Source: Bilabrum cf. latius
Taxonomy: Eukaryota
Length of the DNA: 64,000 nt
Reading direction: 5' to 3'
Assembly (NCBI GenBank): GCA_965178125.1
Contig: OZ237771.1
Location: forward strand, 372,001 to 436,000
The notes beneath the pieces were generated by a model that did not search any database, was not told where the DNA came from, and saw only the letters and a program-made list of their open reading frames with translations. How positions within the stretch are numbered: position 1 is the first letter of the stretch; every line of letters begins with the position of its first letter. The translations under genes were made by a program, and so were the position numbers. Below are positions 61,001 through 64,000 of this stretch, piece by piece.

Positions 61001-61710
61001 GCCTCACCCGGGCTGCGGAGGTTGCCGCTGTGGCCGCCGCATCCGGCGCCGTGGGCCCCCCACCCGTACCCTCGTCTTCATCTTCATCTTCATCCCACGC
61101 GGTACCTCCTCCGGTGGCCCTTGGTCCGGTGAGCCTGAGCACGTCCGTGTACGCCGACAAGCAGGCGGTGAAGCCCCCCCAGGCCGCGCTTAGGCAGGGT
61201 GCCAGGGCTGCCCCCGGACCCCTGGCACCCGGTGGACTCGTGCATGAGGGCGGGGAGGATATGGTTCCGCAAACCGGGGCGGGGCACATGGTGACGAGTC
61301 GTACCAAGGGCAAGGGCAGGGGCAGGGGCAAGAAGGGGGGTGGAGCCAAGGCGGGTGGCCAGGCGACCACCAGCAGCAGGGGGGGTGGGCTTAGGCTGAC
61401 TCCGGCCTCCGCTGCTGCTGCTGCGGCGGCGGCAGCGGCGGGGGCAGCGAATGCCGCAGCGGCCGCTGAGCTCACCGCACCGCAGGTGTCCTCGACGACT
61501 GCTGCTGCTGCGGCGGGGTCTTCTTCTGCTTCCGGTGATGGTGCAAATCAAGATGGGGAAGGGGAAGGGGAGTCGTCGAAGGGCGAGTGGATGGGACAAG
61601 GGACGCAACAGCCAGCGGCCAAGGGCACCTCTGCCCCTGCCTCTGCCCCAGCTGCAGCTGCTTCTGGTGCCGCAGCTGATGACTAGGCTGACGGCAAGGA
61701 AGAGAGCTGA
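58087..61710 (+). CDS. Gln/Gly/Ala-rich protein with zf-4CXXC_R1 (CDCA7-type) zinc finger
   Basis: KTCHSC...C...HSYCANCLRRR...YHCPVCEGLCPCSSC. Three long ORFs joined by TAG (58126, 59137, 60748, about 60775, 61684). Ends TGA at 61708-61710. Confidence 0.8.
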
Positions 61711-61971
61711 AGGAACTGCCCCTTCCAGTGAGCAGAAGGGCGATTAGGGGAATGGATATGACCAGGGCAAGTAAATTGCAAGCCCGCTTGTACACGTACA
61801 TACTAGAGTACCTGTCAAATCCTCTGGTTGGGGCGCCAGCCACAGCGTGTGGCTGAATTGCGCTGAAGTGCAACATTCCGAACGACCTGACGCGTCGACG
61901 GATCAATGAATACTGTACGAACTTACAAGGCCAGCATGAGCTGCAGAAAAAAATATTATTTAAGCGGGGAC

Positions 61972-63279
61972 ATGCGTGCGAAGAGCGCGGTCACAGGGGT
62001 GATAGCGGTCCTGGCAGCCTCCCAATGCGTAGCTCTAAACAACGGCCTCGGCCACCTGCCCCCCATGGCGTACAGCACCTGGAATGCGTTTGGCCCTTGG
62101 CTCAACCAGACGCAAATCCTATAGAACGCTGCAATCATCAAGAACCGCGGCCTGTACGAGGCGGGATACCGAGGCATTCACATCGACGAGGGGTGGATAG
62201 CGAGCAACCGGTCGAAGGATGGCAAACTTGTGGTTGATCAGGCCAAATTTCCATCCGGGATGGAGAGCTTTGGTAAAAGTGTCAAATAGCTCGGATTTAA
62301 GCTGGGATTGTACACCTCGAGAGGAACAGAGCAGTGCGGCGCGGCGAAGGGGTACCATGCCCCGGGTTCGCACGGCTTCGAGGAGCAGGACGTGTCTTAG
62401 ATGGCGTCTTACGGGGCCACGTTCATCAAAGTCGATTCCTGCACGGGATCTTAGAACCACTCTCAGGCGTATGCCGACTATTCCAAGTTCAGAGACGCGA
62501 TGGCAAAGCAGCCGCAGCCCATCTTTCACTCCCTCTGCGGATGGAACGAATGGTATACCCCCGTGGGGTATTCTCTCGGCAACTCGTGGCGGGTGGCAGG
62601 CGACTGCAGCCAGTACGACCACTTCCTGAATGTGGTTGACGCCATGGCCGCCGCGGTGCAGTGGTCAGGGCCGGGGGGCTGGAACGACGCGGACTTGCTG
62701 ATTACCGAGCACACGCCGGCTGTGGGCGGATTCGATGCTCCTCAGCAGAGCCGCCTTTAGTTCAGTCTGTACTGCGTGATGAGTGCGCCGCTGATTATAT
62801 CCGTTGACCTCCGGCAGCAGACCGAGTACGCCTTCGAGACGTATTCCAACAAGGAGGCTATCGAAGTGAACCAGGACGACATCGCCAGGCCGGGGTTCCG
62901 GTTATTGGGGGGTGACGTGGGGCCGTCGGTGGCAGGTGATGGTACTGCTAGGAAGAACTAGAACCAGCAGCGATCGGACCGGGTGCAGGTGCAGACTTAG
63001 GGTAGCACAAACATCTGGGCCAAGCCACTGGCCGATGGGTCCATCGCGATGGTGTTTGCCAACTTCGGGAACGGCTCGGGTGTGACGATTGAGTGCCCGC
63101 TGCAGGGGTGCCTGGACCAGCTGGGCATCGGAGCGGGGACCAGGGTGGCTGTCAGGGATCTGTGGGCTCACTCGGACAATGGAACGTTCGTCGGTCACGA
63201 GGGCCTGTCTGTGCGCGTGGAGGATCCAACTGCGGGAGTGATGGTGCGGCTGACACCGGAGTGGGCATACGTCCGGTGA
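61972..63279 (+). CDS. GH27 alpha-galactosidase / alpha-N-acetylgalactosaminidase, secreted
   Basis: Signal peptide, LNNGLGHLPPMAYSTWN, IHIDEGW, KFPSGM, FIKVDSC, NSWRVAGD, GPGGWNDADLL, APLIIS, VNQD and VRDLW. Seven in-frame TAGs (62122, 62287, 62398, 62452, 62758, 62959, 62998). Ends TGA. Confidence 0.93.
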
Positions 63280-63460
63280 GGGTGAGGGCGAACGTGTGGT
63301 CTACCATTGAATGGCGTGTTGTATGCTAGAAATGTGGTACGGGGCAGGCAGGCCAGCTGCACCCGGATGCAGATCCACCGGTTGACGATCGATCGGAGCA
63401 ATGCTCGTGAGGCATGCGATCCGTTCGGGCTGACTTGGGATAGTATACAAGCTTCTAACA

Positions 63461-64000
63461 ATGGAGCAATTCCAGAGGCGCACGCTCAGAGTCACTAGAT
63501 CAACAAGACCAGAAATGCTCCTCTCGCATACCCGGGTATCACTCATGGAACGAACCACAAAAGCAAGAAGGAAGAACCGAACAGACCGGCGAAGACCTGT
63601 ATACGACGGTAGCTTTGGCAAACCAAAATTTCTGGGTGCAGGTGATCCGTATGATCCCCCTAAAAGCTCAACTTAGTTTTTCAGCCGCCCAGGCTCAGCG
63701 CTTCGCGTGGGCCGGGCAGGGGCAGGTGCTCGATCGACCAGCAGCCTCCCGCGGGTGAGACTGCAACCCCCTGGATAATCACTCAGTTTCACATCATTTT
63801 TCCGTACTATTCGTCATGTACACAATGTGCTTGATTCCACACGGATCGCAGGGAACTCGGCCACTGTCTGCTTCGGGGACAGGCGGCAGGTATTCAGAGA
63901 GCAAGGGCCAGGAGCCAGGCGACCATGATGCTCGCCCGACCAGCCGAGCAAGTGCCGGTGCGCGCAGGCGGCCGCAAAGCGCCGGCCCTAGAGGTCGCCG
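63461..64000 (+). CDS. Possible 5' part of a hypothetical gene running off the window
   Basis: ATG 63461, frame continues through TAG at 63674 to a GTGAGA donor near 63755, with a CGCAG acceptor near 63851. No homology recognised. Confidence 0.3.

Noticed and set aside
1-64000. Mass pseudogenisation or C-to-T damage as the source of internal stops
   Set aside because: Only TAG is internal. There are no CAA-to-TAA or CGA-to-TGA stops and no clear frameshifts, and the essential genes are otherwise intact.

Overview
This is a compact, GC-rich, intron-poor eukaryotic (protist-like) nuclear region. A heterotrophic stramenopile-like source is only my guess from gene content and style. It holds about 20 protein-coding genes on both strands with short GT-AG introns: RPC2/POLR3B, MCM5, DDX1, an SPCA/PMR1-type P-ATPase, a TPR-SET methyltransferase, a cyclin-box protein, a TTC13/SRFR1-like giant TPR protein, an NSRP1-like protein, a zf-4CXXC_R1 protein, GH5, GH27 and GH43-like hydrolases, a FUT8-like transferase, EF-hand, ankyrin and EGF/Calx-beta proteins. 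The ORF track is fragmented because TAG behaves as a sense codon. Roughly 90-100 in-frame TAGs (hand count) interrupt almost every gene, several at conserved Gln positions. I found no internal TAA or TGA in the assembled genes, which end in TGA (one in TAA). This points to a nuclear code with UAG=Gln while UAA and UGA remain stops. Independently, the motif GTGACGAGT (consensus GTGTGACGAGTG) occurs at least 37 times on both strands and in several codon phases inside genes, and the palindrome GGTTGCAACC occurs 8 times. An AT-rich intergenic block at 36.66-37.27 kb carries two related, covarying hairpins that look like an unidentified structured RNA. All gene models were assembled by eye reading TAG as Gln; no database searches were run.
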